Below are positions 33,120 to 43,072 of a stretch of 56,489 nt of DNA, in pieces. The translations under genes were made by a program, and so were the position numbers. The notes under the pieces were generated by a model. The model ran no database searches and was not told the origin of the DNA. It saw only the letters and a program-made list of their open reading frames with translations. Origin of the DNA: Oryzihumus sp. (GTDB lineage Bacteria > Actinomycetota > Actinomycetes > Actinomycetales > Dermatophilaceae); contig NZ_DASVZH010000041.1 of the NCBI RefSeq assembly GCF_036391795.1, forward strand, positions 1 to 56,489, given 5' to 3'. Each line of letters begins with the position of its first letter. The stretch's first letter is position 1.

Positions 33120-34409
33120 TCAGCCCTCGTAGACGGTGGGGATCGCGGGCTCGCCGCGGGACAGCTGGCGTGCCTTGGCAGGAAGCTCGGCCCGGGACTG
33201 CTCGTGACGGGCCCGCGCCTGCTCGAGGGAGGTCGCGCCCACGACCTCGCCGTCACGGACCAGCTCGACCAGCAGCGGGCGGTCGTCGCCGTCGTTCGCC
33301 GGCATCTCGCCCACGCCGATGACCTCCGCCTCGGCGATCCCGGCCGCATTGCGCCGGCGCAGCGCCCACTTGCGACCGGCCACCGTGGCCTTGTCCTTGC
33401 TCTTCTTGGCGACCCCGACCATCTCGCCGCTCGCGTCCTCGCGGGCGACCAGCTTGTAGACCAGGCCGGCGGTCGGCGCCCCCGACCCGGTCACCAGGGA
33501 GGTGCCCACGCCGTAGGCGTCGACCGGTGCGGCGGCCAGGGCGGCGATGGCGTGCTCGTCCAGGTCCGAGGTGACCACGATGCGCGTGCCGGTGGCCCCC
33601 AGGCCGTCGAGCTGCCGGCGCACCTCCCGCGCCTGGGCGAGCAGGTCCCCGGAGTCCAGGCGGACAGCCCCCAGCTCGGGCCCGGCGACCTCGACGGCAG
33701 TGCGCACCGCTGTGGCCACGTCGTAGGTGTCCACCAGCAGCGTGGTGCCCTTGCCCAGGCTGGCGACCTGTGCCTCGAACGCCTCGCGCTCGCTGTCGTG
33801 CAGCAGGGTGAACGCGTGGGCGCTGGTGCCGGTGGTCGGGACCCCGAACTCCCGGCCCGCCTCGAGGTTGCTCGTGGCGGCGAACCCGGTGACGTAGGCG
33901 GCGCGCGCGGCAGCCACCGCGGCGTCCTCGTGCGTGCGGCGCGACCCCATCTCGATGCATGGCCGTCCCTCGGCGGCGCCGGTCATCCTCGAGGAGGCCG
34001 CGGCGACGGCGCTGTCGTGGTTGAGCACCGAGAGCACGAGCGTCTCCAGCAGCACGGCCTCGGCGAACGTGCCCTCGACCACGAGCAGCGGCGAGCCGGG
34101 GAAGTAGCACTCGCCCTCGGCGTAGCCGTGGATGCTGCCCGAGAACCGGTATGCCGCGAGGTAGGCCAGCGTGTCCTCGTCCACCACGCCGGCGCTGCGC
34201 AGGCGCTCGATCTCGGCCACCCCGAAGCGGAATGCGGCCAGGTCCTGCAGCAGCCGGCCGGTGCCGGCGACCACGCCGTAGCGCCGGCCTTCCGGCAGGC
34301 GCCGGGCGAAAACCTCGAAGACGCAACGCCGTCCGGCTGCGCCACTGCGAAGGGCGGCCTGCAGCATGGTCAGCTCGTAGTGGTCGGTGAGCAGGGCGGT
34401 ACTCGTCAC
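33120..34409 (-). CDS. pncB: Nicotinate phosphoribosyltransferase
   Basis: [47 protein letters not shown]. Confidence 0.95.
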   Translation of the reverse strand: MTSTALLTDHYELTMLQAALRSGAAGRRCVFEVFARRLPEGRRYGVVAGTGRLLQDLAAFRFGVAEIERLRSAGVVDEDTLAYLAAYRFSGSIHGYAEGECYFPGSPLLVVEGTFAEAVLLETLVLSVLNHDSAVAAASSRMTGAAEGRPCIEMGSRRTHEDAAVAAARAAYVTGFAATSNLEAGREFGVPTTGTSAHAFTLLHDSEREAFEAQVASLGKGTTLLVDTYDVATAVRTAVEVAGPELGAVRLDSGDLLAQAREVRRQLDGLGATGTRIVVTSDLDEHAIAALAAAPVDAYGVGTSLVTGSGAPTAGLVYKLVAREDASGEMVGVAKKSKDKATVAGRKWALRRRNAAGIAEAEVIGVGEMPANDGDDRPLLVELVRDGEVVGATSLEQARARHEQSRAELPAKARQLSRGEPAIPTVYEG

Positions 34410-34433
34410 GACGAGCAGCCTAGAGTGGGGGTC
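34410..34433. promoter_or_regulatory. Overlapping divergent leaderless -10 boxes for pncB and clpS
   Basis: TAGAGT (+, 34421-34426) and TAGGCT (-, 34422-34417), each 7 nt from a GTG start. Confidence 0.7.
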
Positions 34434-34724
34434 GTGTCCATCGCCCCCGTGGAGCAGGAGCTCACCGACCTCGCCGAGGAGTCCGACCTCGACCGCCCGT
34501 GGATCACCCTCGTGTGGAACGACCCGGTGAACCTGATGTCCTACGTCACCTACGTCTTCCAGAGCTACTTCGGCTACTCCCGCGAGAAGGCCGAGAAGCT
34601 CATGCTCGACGTGCACCAGAAGGGCAGGGCCGTCGTGTCGACGGGGCCGCGGGAGAAGATGGAGCACGACACCGAGGCCCTGCAGGGCTACGGGCTGTGG
34701 GCGACCTTCCAGAAGGACGAGTGA
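34434..34724 (+). CDS. clpS: ATP-dependent Clp protease adaptor ClpS
   Basis: [16 protein letters not shown]...[13 protein letters not shown]...YGLWAT. Confidence 0.95.
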   Translation: MSIAPVEQELTDLAEESDLDRPWITLVWNDPVNLMSYVTYVFQSYFGYSREKAEKLMLDVHQKGRAVVSTGPREKMEHDTEALQGYGLWATFQKDE

Positions 34725-35309
34725 GTGGCGACCGCGTTCAAGCGCAAGGGTGATCGCTTCGTCGCCCGCCTCGACGACATCGAGCGCGAGGTCGTCGTCG
34801 GCCTCATGCAGCAGGTGCTCGAGCTGGTCGAGCCCGAGGCGGTGGAGGCCACCGGCGACGCGTTCGAGGACCTGGTCGCCACCATCGGCGTGCCACGGCT
34901 GGACGAGGCGGGGCCGGTCGAGGAGCCGGAGGACCCGGCCCTGGCCCGGCTGCTGCCCAGCGGCAACAAGCAGGACGAGGCGGTGGCATCGGAGTTCCGC
35001 CGGCTCACCGAGCACGGGTTGCGGGAGCGCAAGGCGGCCAACCTCGAGGCGGCCATCGACGCGCTGACGGGGATGACCGGGGACAAGGTCACCCTCGAGC
35101 GGGCGCAGGCGCAGGCCGTGGTGGTGGCGCTGACCGACGTGCGGCTGGTGCTGGGGGAGCGCCTCGGCCTGCGGACCGACGAGGACGCCGACGCCCTGGT
35201 GGAGCGGCTGGAGCAGGCCGGGGAGCACGACATCGAGACGATGCTCGCGGCCTACTACGACTTCCTCACCTGGCTGCAGGAGTCGCTGACGCTGGTGCTG
35301 ATGGGCTGA
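34725..35309 (+). CDS. DUF2017 family protein
   Basis: DPALARLLP, EFRRLTE, LTDVRLVLGERL, YDFLTWLQESL; usual neighbour of clpS. Confidence 0.88.
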   Translation: MATAFKRKGDRFVARLDDIEREVVVGLMQQVLELVEPEAVEATGDAFEDLVATIGVPRLDEAGPVEEPEDPALARLLPSGNKQDEAVASEFRRLTEHGLRERKAANLEAAIDALTGMTGDKVTLERAQAQAVVVALTDVRLVLGERLGLRTDEDADALVERLEQAGEHDIETMLAAYYDFLTWLQESLTLVLMG

Positions 35310-36051
35310 CGCCCCCGAGTGCGCCGGATGGTGCGCCCTCCAGCGCACCCTCTACCTCGTCCTGCCTGGCGATCCTCTCCGGGCGCGGCACCCCGGCGAA
35401 CGGGGACAGGGTGAACCACCGCGGCACGGCCCGGCGCAGCGCCTCGGGGCCGTCGACCTCCAGCCCGCCCGAGCGCACCGCGTCCGACCACGGGACCTCG
35501 CCGCGCCAGACGTCGACCAGCCGGCGCAGGCTGGCGGTGACCCTGACGGTCACGTCGAACCCGGGATCGACGTCGCACACATCGGTCTCGGCGGCGGTGA
35601 TGACCAGCCACCAGTCCCGGGCGCCCCTGGCGGCGTCGGGGAAGCGGAACTGCACGACCGTGCGACCGGCAGGCACGGCGTCGGGGTCGACGTGCCGGTG
35701 CATGTCCCACAGCAGCAGCTTGGGGTCGAGGTCCGCATCGCCGACCTCGGGCACCCACCGCACCCCCCACACACCGAGCGCCTCGACGACCGGGCGCAGC
35801 TCCTCACCGGCAGGCGTCAGCACGTAGCGCACCTCGGTGCCGTCGGCCCGCCGCGTCAGGACGCCGGCCCGCTCGAGCTCGTGCAGCCGCCGGGACAGCA
35901 GGGTCGGCGACATCCGCGGCAGGCCGCGTCGCAGCTGGTTGAAGCGGTCGCTGCCCATGAGGAGCTCGCGCACGAGCAGCAGCGTCCAGCGCTCGTCGAG
36001 CAGCTCCATGGCCTTCGCGACGGGGCAGAACTGGTGGTAGGACGACCCCAC
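35266..36051 (-). CDS. HxlR-family winged-helix regulator with SCP2-like C-terminal domain
   Basis: YHQFCPVAKAMELLDERWTLLLVREL, RFNQLRRGLP, YVLTPAG; stop overlaps the DUF2017 3' end by 44 bp. Confidence 0.88.
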   Translation of the reverse strand: MGSSYHQFCPVAKAMELLDERWTLLLVRELLMGSDRFNQLRRGLPRMSPTLLSRRLHELERAGVLTRRADGTEVRYVLTPAGEELRPVVEALGVWGVRWVPEVGDADLDPKLLLWDMHRHVDPDAVPAGRTVVQFRFPDAARGARDWWLVITAAETDVCDVDPGFDVTVRVTASLRRLVDVWRGEVPWSDAVRSGGLEVDGPEALRRAVPRWFTLSPFAGVPRPERIARQDEVEGALEGAPSGALGGVSPSAPASATPAAR

Positions 36052-36110
36052 TCCGGCAGGCTAGGCCGCCCCCGGGCGGGGGACCAGCCCCAGGAGGGCA
36101 GCGGAGCGCG

Positions 36111-36125
36111 GTACAGATCTCGTAC
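36111..36125. promoter_or_regulatory. Candidate HxlR operator (imperfect palindrome)
   Basis: GTACAGATCTCGTAC between the divergent regulator and methyltransferase, upstream of a TAGCGT -10 at 36149. Confidence 0.45.
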
Positions 36126-36205
36126 TAGGAGCGGGCCGCGCGCCTTCCTAGCGTCGTCGTCGTGGAACTGCCACGGGCAGGGGACGACTTCGCAAGGAGC
36201 AGGAC

Positions 36206-37024
36206 ATGACGACAACCACCGACGCGGTCCAGGCCGACCGCGAGCTGAAGGCCCGCCACCGGACCATGTGGGCCCTGGGTGACTACCCGGCCGTGGCGAC
36301 CGAGATCATCGCCGAGCTGGGCCCGGTCCTCGTGCGGGCCTGCGGCATCCGCCCCGGTGACCGGGTGCTGGACGTGGGCGCCGGGTCGGGCAACGCCGCC
36401 ATCCCCGCCGCGCTCGGCGGTGCCCAGGTGGTGGCCAGCGACCTGACCCCCGAGCTCCTCGAGACCGGGCGGCGCGCCGCGGCCGGGCAGGGCGCGCAGC
36501 TGCAGTGGCGCGAGGCGGACGCGGAGGCGCTCCCGTTCGCCGACGGCGCGTTCGACGTGGTGATGTCCTGCGTCGGGGTGATGTTCGCCCCGCACCACCA
36601 GGCCGCCGCCGACGAGCTGGTCCGGGTGTGCCGCCCCGGCGGCACGATCGGGCTGCTCAGCTGGACCCCGGAGGGCTTCATCGGCCAGATGTTCGCCACG
36701 ATGAAGCCGTATGCCCCGGCCCCGCCGCCGGGTGCGCAGCCGCCGCCGCTGTGGGGCAGCGAGGAGCACGTGCGGGCGCTGCTCGGCGACCGGGTCAGCG
36801 CCGTCGAGGTGCGCCGGCAGCGGCTGCGGGTGGACCACTTCGCCACGCCGGAGGAGTTCCGCGACTACTTCAAGGCCCGCTACGGCCCGACCATCGCGGC
36901 CTACCGGGCGATCGCCGGCGACCCCGACCGGGTGGCCGCCCTCGACCACGACCTGGCCGAGCTGGCCCGGCGCGAGCCGGTCACCGAGTGGGAGTACCTC
37001 CTGGTCACCGCCCGCCGCACCTGA
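36206..37024 (+). CDS. Class I SAM-dependent methyltransferase
   Basis: VLDVGAGSG, ADAEALPF, FDVVMS..GVMFAP, RVCRPGG. Confidence 0.92.
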   Translation: MTTTTDAVQADRELKARHRTMWALGDYPAVATEIIAELGPVLVRACGIRPGDRVLDVGAGSGNAAIPAALGGAQVVASDLTPELLETGRRAAAGQGAQLQWREADAEALPFADGAFDVVMSCVGVMFAPHHQAAADELVRVCRPGGTIGLLSWTPEGFIGQMFATMKPYAPAPPPGAQPPPLWGSEEHVRALLGDRVSAVEVRRQRLRVDHFATPEEFRDYFKARYGPTIAAYRAIAGDPDRVAALDHDLAELARREPVTEWEYLLVTARRT

Positions 37025-37033
37025 CCGCGCTTC

Positions 37034-37077
37034 GGGTGAAGACTTGACCACATCGGAGCGTGGTCAAGTCTTCACCC
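37034..37077. repeat. Perfect 18-bp-stem palindrome, left flank of the AbiEi/DUF559-like gene
   Basis: GGGTGAAGACTTGACCAC-ATCGGAGC-GTGGTCAAGTCTTCACCC. Confidence 0.9.
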
Positions 37078-37870
37078 AGGCGGCTGCGTCGAGCTTGCAT
37101 CGGGGCCCGCACCGCCTGAGACGTCCGGTCCAGCCCCGGTCACGGAGGACCGTGGCCACGTCGGCTGCGACGAGGCAGGGTCGTTGGGTCACGTCCTGCC
37201 AGCCGAACCGGAGCGTCACCCACCCGTCGAGCAGCGCCCCGTTGTCGCGGGAGCGGTCGCGGAAGGCGCCCTCGCCGACATGGCCCAGACGACCGTCGAG
37301 CTCGACGAGGACACGTTGCTGCTCGTAGGCGTTGTCGTCACGCCAGCGGCGTCCGGCTCGCATCGAGTTCCGCTGCCTCGCGGCCGCCGGCAGCCCGTGT
37401 GACCGCTCGACGCCGGTGACGTAGCGCAGCTCCAGGACGCTCTCGGCGCCATCGGCCACGTCGACCAGCGCCAGGCCGAGCAGGGCGCCCCACCGGTGCC
37501 GACCGCGGCGGGACAGGGCAGCCACAACGGCCCAGCGGCCGACCACGCGGCGGTGGGCGGGCAGCAGCACCTCGACACCGGGCGGGTCGCGGTCGGTGAG
37601 CCCGTTGACCCGTGCGGCGCTGGCGTGAGAGAGGGCCGCGCCGTCGCCACACGCCAGCAGTGCGGCGCTGGCTCGGGTGAGCCACTCGACCGGGCCCATG
37701 TGCGTGATGTAGACGCCGCGGAACACCATCCGCCACCGCCCTGACGCGACGAGCCACTCCACCTGGCGAGGCGTCATCCCCAGCGTGAGGCACTGCCGCC
37801 GGCTGACCGCATCGCCCTGCGACCGGGCCAGGCGTTCGGCCCGTTCGCGTGCGAGCTCCCGGTGCGACAT
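37064..37870 (-). CDS. AbiEi-antitoxin-like N-terminus plus DUF559/Vsr-like endonuclease domain; probably internally deleted
   Basis: SQGDAVSRRQ, GRWRMVFRGVY, ALSHASAA, GAESVLE, VLVELDGRLGH, RDRSRDN, GWVTLRFGW. Confidence 0.78.
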   Translation of the reverse strand: MSHRELARERAERLARSQGDAVSRRQCLTLGMTPRQVEWLVASGRWRMVFRGVYITHMGPVEWLTRASAALLACGDGAALSHASAARVNGLTDRDPPGVEVLLPAHRRVVGRWAVVAALSRRGRHRWGALLGLALVDVADGAESVLELRYVTGVERSHGLPAAARQRNSMRAGRRWRDDNAYEQQRVLVELDGRLGHVGEGAFRDRSRDNGALLDGWVTLRFGWQDVTQRPCLVAADVATVLRDRGWTGRLRRCGPRCKLDAAAWVKT

Positions 37871-37960
37871 ACGACCCACGATCACGAATCCCGGCGGCCC
37901 GTGACAGCCCCGGCCTCGCGCCTGTGAATCGTGGGACTCCGGGAGCGACCCTTGTGGACA

Positions 37961-38000
37961 GGGCGAAGACTTCACCACGCCCCGATGTGGTGAATCTTTC
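37961..38000. repeat. Degenerate inverted copy of the same palindrome, right flank
   Basis: GGGCGAAGACTTCACCAC-GCCCCGAT-GTGGTGAATCTTTC; the loop is the reverse complement (7/8) of the left loop. Confidence 0.85.
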
Positions 38001-38086
38001 GGTGAAACGGGAATGTGGCCGCCGGTGTGACGGAGGCGACGCCGGAAGGCGGCAAGTTGTCACGTCACCGCGTTTAACCTCGAAAC

Positions 38087-38890
38087 GTGACAGATGCACC
38101 CATCGGGATCTTCGACAGCGGCTACGGCGGGCTGACCGTCGCGCGTGCCGTGCTCGACCAGCTCCCGCATGAGTCCGTCGTCTACCTCGGCGACACCGCC
38201 CGGCAGCCCTACGGCACCAAGCGCATCGCCGACGTGCGGGCCTACGCCCTGGAGTGCATGGACCGGCTGGTCGACCGCGGCGTGAAGATCCTCGTCATCG
38301 CCTGCAACACCGCGTCGGCGGCGATGCTGCACGACGCCCGCGAGCGCTACGACGTGCCCGTGGTCGAGGTGATCCGCCCCGCCGTGCGACGCGCCGTGGC
38401 CGCCACCCGCAACAACCGCGTCGGCATCATCTCCACGGCCGCCACCCACCAGAGCCACGCCTACGTCGACTCCTTCGCCGCCGCCCCGCAGATCCACGTG
38501 ACCAGCCAGCCCTGCCCCAGGTTCGTGGAGTTCGTCGAGTCGGGCATCACCTCGGGCCCGGAGCTGCTGCAGGCCGCCCACGACTACCTCGAGCCGGTGG
38601 CCGCCCACGGCGTCGACACCCTGATCCTCGGCTGCACGCACTACCCGCTGCTGACCGGTGTCATCTCCTACGTCATGGGTGAGGACGTCACCCTCGTCTC
38701 CTCCGCCGAGGAGACCGCCAAGGACGTCTTCCGCACGCTCGCCGACCGCGGCGCCCTGCGCCCCGACGACCTGCCCGCGCCCTCGCACGAGTTCCTCACG
38801 ACCGGAGACCCGCTGGAGTTCGAGCGGCTCGCCCGACGCTTCCTCGGCCCGGAGGTCGTCTCCGCCCACGCCGCGGAGGTGGCGTCCTGA
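38087..38890 (+). CDS. murI: Glutamate racemase
   Basis: [29 protein letters not shown]. Confidence 0.97.
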   Translation: MTDAPIGIFDSGYGGLTVARAVLDQLPHESVVYLGDTARQPYGTKRIADVRAYALECMDRLVDRGVKILVIACNTASAAMLHDARERYDVPVVEVIRPAVRRAVAATRNNRVGIISTAATHQSHAYVDSFAAAPQIHVTSQPCPRFVEFVESGITSGPELLQAAHDYLEPVAAHGVDTLILGCTHYPLLTGVISYVMGEDVTLVSSAEETAKDVFRTLADRGALRPDDLPAPSHEFLTTGDPLEFERLARRFLGPEVVSAHAAEVAS

Positions 38891-39657
38891 TGAAGCTGAC
38901 CATCATCGGCTGCTCCGGCTCGTTCGCCGGCCCGACCTCGCCGGCCTCGAGCTACCTGGTCCAGTCCGAGCATGAGGGCCGCACCTGGAACCTCGTCCTC
39001 GACCTCGGCAACGGCGCGCTCGGCGTGCTGCAGCGGCACATCGACCCGCGCGACATCGACGCGGTCGTGCTCTCCCACCTGCACCCCGACCACTGCATCG
39101 ACCTGTGCGGGCTCTACGTCGTGCAGCGCTACCACCCCGAGGGCGCGGCCAAGACCCCGCTGCCGGTCCACGGCCCCACCGGCACCGGCCCACGGATGAC
39201 CGAGGCCTACGGCCTGGACGAGCCGGACGCGATGGCCGCCGAGTTCGACTACCGCGACCTGCAGGAGCGCACGCCGGTGCAGATCGGCCCGTTCACGGTC
39301 ACGCCCTACCGCGTGAACCACCCGATCGAGGCCTACGGCCTGCGGGTCGAGGCCGACGGCGCGGTCCTGGCCTACACCGGCGACACCGACTCCTGCGACG
39401 CGCTGAAGCCGTTGATGGCCGGCGCCGACCTGGTCCTGGCCGACGCCGCCTTCGTCGACGGCCGCGACGACATCGAGGGCATCCACCTCTCCGGCAGCCG
39501 CGCCGCCCAGGCGGCGCTCGACGCCGGCGGGGTGCGGCGCCTCATGCTCACCCACATCCCGGCGTGGAACGACCCGGAGGTATGCCGTGCCCAGGCTGCC
39601 GGGGTGTGGCCCGGTGAGGTGGAGCTGGCGGTGCCGGACACGGCATACGAGCTGTGA
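38890..39657 (+). CDS. MBL-fold metallo-hydrolase (Rv1339/AtaC-like cyclic-nucleotide phosphodiesterase family)
   Basis: IGCSGS, LDLGNG, SHLHPDH, YTGDT, LTHIP; conserved murI-X-rph position. Confidence 0.88.
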   Translation: MKLTIIGCSGSFAGPTSPASSYLVQSEHEGRTWNLVLDLGNGALGVLQRHIDPRDIDAVVLSHLHPDHCIDLCGLYVVQRYHPEGAAKTPLPVHGPTGTGPRMTEAYGLDEPDAMAAEFDYRDLQERTPVQIGPFTVTPYRVNHPIEAYGLRVEADGAVLAYTGDTDSCDALKPLMAGADLVLADAAFVDGRDDIEGIHLSGSRAAQAALDAGGVRRLMLTHIPAWNDPEVCRAQAAGVWPGEVELAVPDTAYEL

Positions 39658-39681
39658 GCCCCCTCGCCTAGCCTTGGGCGC

Positions 39682-40416
39682 ATGACTCGACACGACGGCC
39701 GCGCCACCGACCAGCTGCGCGACATCCGGATCACCCGCAACTGGCTCGACCACGCCGAGGGGAGCGTCCTGGTCGAGTTCGGCCGCACGCGGGTGCTGTG
39801 CGCGGCGTCGTTCACCGAAGGTGTGCCGCGCTGGCGCAAGGGCAGCGGCGAGGGCTGGGTCACGGGGGAGTACGCCATGCTGCCGCGGGCGACCAACACC
39901 CGCTCCGACCGGGAGTCGGTGCGCGGCAAGATCGGCGGCCGCACCCACGAGATCAGCCGGCTGGTGGGTCGCAGCCTGCGCGCCGTGGTCGACACGAGGG
40001 CGTTGGGGGAGAACACCATCGTCCTCGACTGCGACGTGCTGCAGGCTGACGGCGGCACGCGCACCGCGGCGATCACCGGGGCCTACGTCGCGCTCGCCGA
40101 CGCCATCGAGTGGGCCCGCAGCCAGGGCGCGGTCAAGGCCTCCGGGCAGCCGTTGAAGGGCTCCGTGGCCGCGATCAGCGTCGGCATCGTCGACGGCACG
40201 CCGGTGCTGGACCTGGACTACATCGAGGACTCCGGCGCCGACACCGACATGAACGTCGTCATGACCGGGGACGGGCGGATCATCGAGGTGCAGGGCACCG
40301 CCGAGGCGGAGCCGTTCGACCGCGCCCAGCTCGAGCAGCTGCTCGACCTCGCGGGCGCCGGGTGCGCCGAGCTGACCAAGCTGCAGCTGGCGGCCCTGGC
40401 CGAGGGCGCGGCGTGA
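39682..40416 (+). CDS. rph: Ribonuclease PH
   Basis: [44 protein letters not shown]. Confidence 0.97.
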   Translation: MTRHDGRATDQLRDIRITRNWLDHAEGSVLVEFGRTRVLCAASFTEGVPRWRKGSGEGWVTGEYAMLPRATNTRSDRESVRGKIGGRTHEISRLVGRSLRAVVDTRALGENTIVLDCDVLQADGGTRTAAITGAYVALADAIEWARSQGAVKASGQPLKGSVAAISVGIVDGTPVLDLDYIEDSGADTDMNVVMTGDGRIIEVQGTAEAEPFDRAQLEQLLDLAGAGCAELTKLQLAALAEGAA

Positions 40417-41039
40417 CCCGGCTGGTCCTGGCCACCCGCAACGCGCACAAGGTCCGCGAGCTCGGCCAGATCCTCGACGGGCTGGTCGACGAGCTCGGCC
40501 TGGAGGTCGTCGGCCTGGACGCCTACCCCGAGATCCCCGACGTCGTGGAGTCCGGCGTCACCTTCGCCGAGAACGCCACCCTCAAAGCGGTCGCCGTGGC
40601 CAAGGCCACCGGCCTGCCGGCGATCGCCGACGACTCCGGCCTGGCCGTCGACGTGCTCGGCGGCTCGCCCGGGGTGTTCAGCGCCCGCTGGGCCGGCCGT
40701 CACGGTGACGACCGGGCCAACCTCGAGCTGTTGCTGGCCCAGCTCGGTGACGTGCCTGACGAGGAGCGTGCCGCGGCGTTCGTCTGTGCGGCGGTGCTGG
40801 CGCTGCCCGACGGCGAGGTCGTCGTCGAGGAGGGCCGTATGCCGGGTCATCTCGCCCGGGAGCCGCGCGGCACCAACGGGTTCGGCTACGACCCGATCCT
40901 CGTCGTGGACGACGGGCGGACGGCCGCGGAGCTGAGCCCGGAGGAGAAGAACTCGATCTCCCACCGGGGCATCGCGTTCCGGGCGCTGGCGCCGCACGTG
41001 CGCCTGGCGCTGAAGCGCACCGCCGGCCCCAACCGTTAG
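40413..41039 (+). CDS. rdgB: dITP/XTP pyrophosphatase (HAM1)
   Basis: [42 protein letters not shown]. Confidence 0.95.
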   Translation: MTRLVLATRNAHKVRELGQILDGLVDELGLEVVGLDAYPEIPDVVESGVTFAENATLKAVAVAKATGLPAIADDSGLAVDVLGGSPGVFSARWAGRHGDDRANLELLLAQLGDVPDEERAAAFVCAAVLALPDGEVVVEEGRMPGHLAREPRGTNGFGYDPILVVDDGRTAAELSPEEKNSISHRGIAFRALAPHVRLALKRTAGPNR

Positions 41040-41095
41040 CGAGGCGTCATCGGCCAATCCACGCCGGCGTCCGCGACGAATGACAGGCTGTGAGG

Positions 41096-42625
41096 GTGAA
41101 GCGAGCTCGTGCTGCCCTGGCCGGGGTGATCGCCGGTGCCGTCACCCTGGGCGTCGCCGAGCTGCTGGCCGGCCTCATGGTCGCTGCCGGCCTGTCCTCG
41201 GGGACACCGTCGCCGGTGGTGGCCGTGGGTGGCGCCTTTGTCGACCGCACGCCGGCCTGGCTGAAGAACGCCGCGGTGAGCTCGTTCGGCACCCACGACA
41301 AGGCGGCCCTGTTCGTCGGCATCGCCGTGGTCCTGACCGCGCTGTGCGCGGTGCTGGGTGCGGTCGGCGCCACCCGGCATACGGCCGGGCTGGTGGGGTT
41401 CGTCGTCCTGGGTGCCGTCGGCGCGGCGGCGGTGCTCTCCCGGCCGCACGCGTCGCCGCTGGACGTGCTGCCCACCTTCGTCGGGGTGCTGGCCGGGCTG
41501 TGGGCGCTGAACACGTTGTGGGACATGACCGCTCGTGCCGGGGAGGCCGGCGCCGGGGGCTTCGAACGGCGCCGGCTGCTCGTCGGCGGGGCGGCCCTGG
41601 CGGTCCTCGCCGCGACGGCTGGAGCGTTGGGCAGGGCGGTCGGGGGCGCCGGCAGCAGTGCTGCAGCAGCCCGGGCCAAGGTCAGCGTGCCGCCGGTGGC
41701 GAACCCGGTGACCGTTCCTGCGACGGCCGACCTGAAGCTGGCGGGCATCACGCCGTACGTGGTGCCCAACGGCGACTTCTACCGCATCGACACCGCGCTC
41801 GTCGTGCCGCAGGTGGACACCGCCGGGTGGACGCTGCGCGTGCACGGCCTCGTCGGCGAGGAGGTCTCGATCACGTGGGACGAGCTGCTCGCCAAGCCCA
41901 TGCGGCAGGCCCTCGTGACGCTGACCTGCGTGTCCAACGAGGTCGGTGGTGACCTGGCCGGCAACGCGGTGTGGACCGGCTGGCCGATCCGGGAGCTGCT
42001 GGCGATGGCCCGGCCGGACCCGACCGCCGACATGGTGCTGTCCACGAGCGTCGACGGGTTCACCGCCGGGACCCCGCTGACGGCGCTGACCGACGAGCGC
42101 AACGCGCTGCTCGCGGTGGCGATGAACGGCGAGCCGCTGCCCGTGGAGCACGGCTTCCCGGTGCGGATGGTCGTGCCCGGGCTGTACGGCTACGTCTCGG
42201 CGACCAAGTGGGTCGTGGACCTGAAGGTGACGCGGTTCGCCGACGACGTGGGCTACTGGACCCCGCGGGGCTGGTCGGCCAAGGGGCCGGTCAAGACCCA
42301 GTCCCGCATCGACGTGCCGCGCTCGGGTGACCAGGTCCGGGCGGGCCGGGTGGCCGTCGCCGGGGTGGCGTGGGCTCAGCACCGCGGCATCGACAAGGTC
42401 GAGGTGCGCATCGACGACGGGCCGTGGCAGACGGCGCGGCTGGCCACCGAACCGACGATCGACTCGTGGCGGCAGTGGGTGCTGGAGTGGGACGCCCCGA
42501 AGGGCAACCACCGGATCACGGTGCGCGCCACGGATGCCACCGGTCAGGTGCAGACCCAGCAGGAGGCGCCACCCGAGCCCGACGGCGCGACCGGCTGGCA
42601 CAGCATCACCGTCACTGTCACCTGA
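41096..42625 (+). CDS. Membrane-bound molybdopterin oxidoreductase (sulfite-oxidase/MsrP-like)
   Basis: About 5 TM segments then ERRRLL; DFYRID, TLTCVSN Mo-ligand Cys, MNGEPLPVEHGFPVR, GYW..RGW; alternative start at 41090. Confidence 0.9.
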   Translation: MKRARAALAGVIAGAVTLGVAELLAGLMVAAGLSSGTPSPVVAVGGAFVDRTPAWLKNAAVSSFGTHDKAALFVGIAVVLTALCAVLGAVGATRHTAGLVGFVVLGAVGAAAVLSRPHASPLDVLPTFVGVLAGLWALNTLWDMTARAGEAGAGGFERRRLLVGGAALAVLAATAGALGRAVGGAGSSAAAARAKVSVPPVANPVTVPATADLKLAGITPYVVPNGDFYRIDTALVVPQVDTAGWTLRVHGLVGEEVSITWDELLAKPMRQALVTLTCVSNEVGGDLAGNAVWTGWPIRELLAMARPDPTADMVLSTSVDGFTAGTPLTALTDERNALLAVAMNGEPLPVEHGFPVRMVVPGLYGYVSATKWVVDLKVTRFADDVGYWTPRGWSAKGPVKTQSRIDVPRSGDQVRAGRVAVAGVAWAQHRGIDKVEVRIDDGPWQTARLATEPTIDSWRQWVLEWDAPKGNHRITVRATDATGQVQTQQEAPPEPDGATGWHSITVTVT

Positions 42626-42685
42626 CCGGCGGGACTACTCCTCGCGGACGATGACACCCCACGGGGACGGCGCCACGATCCGCAG

Positions 42686-43072
42686 ATGGCACCGCACCCG
42701 CAGACGATCATCCCGCCGCGCACGTTCGACCTGGAGGGCTTCACCGCGGCGGTCAAGGCCAAGGACGCCGACCGGTGGTCGGACTACTTCGACGAGGACG
42801 CCGAGTGGCTGGAGTTCCGGCACGACCAGCCGCCGTCGCACCCGCACCGCATGCAGGGCAACATCGCCATCCATGCCGGCCTGCGCTCGGTCTGCGCCGG
42901 GGACTACGGGATGGACGTCGAGGACAGCGCGATGAGCGGGCCGAACGTGTGGTTCCGGCTCGTGCTCACCCGGCCCGACGGCAGCCGCGTGCTCGAGCAC
43001 GTGCACCTCGCCCTCGCGGAGAACGGGCTGATCCACCGCCAGACCGACATCGAGGCCTGGGACCTGACCTGA
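42686..43072 (+). CDS. NTF2/SnoaL-like protein
   Basis: 128 aa, YFDEDAEW, C-terminal GLIHRQTDIEAWD. Confidence 0.7.
   Translation: MAPHPQTIIPPRTFDLEGFTAAVKAKDADRWSDYFDEDAEWLEFRHDQPPSHPHRMQGNIAIHAGLRSVCAGDYGMDVEDSAMSGPNVWFRLVLTRPDGSRVLEHVHLALAENGLIHRQTDIEAWDLT

Noticed and set aside
37064-37870. Complete type IV AbiE toxin-antitoxin pair
   Set aside because: No AbiEii nucleotidyltransferase gene is adjacent.
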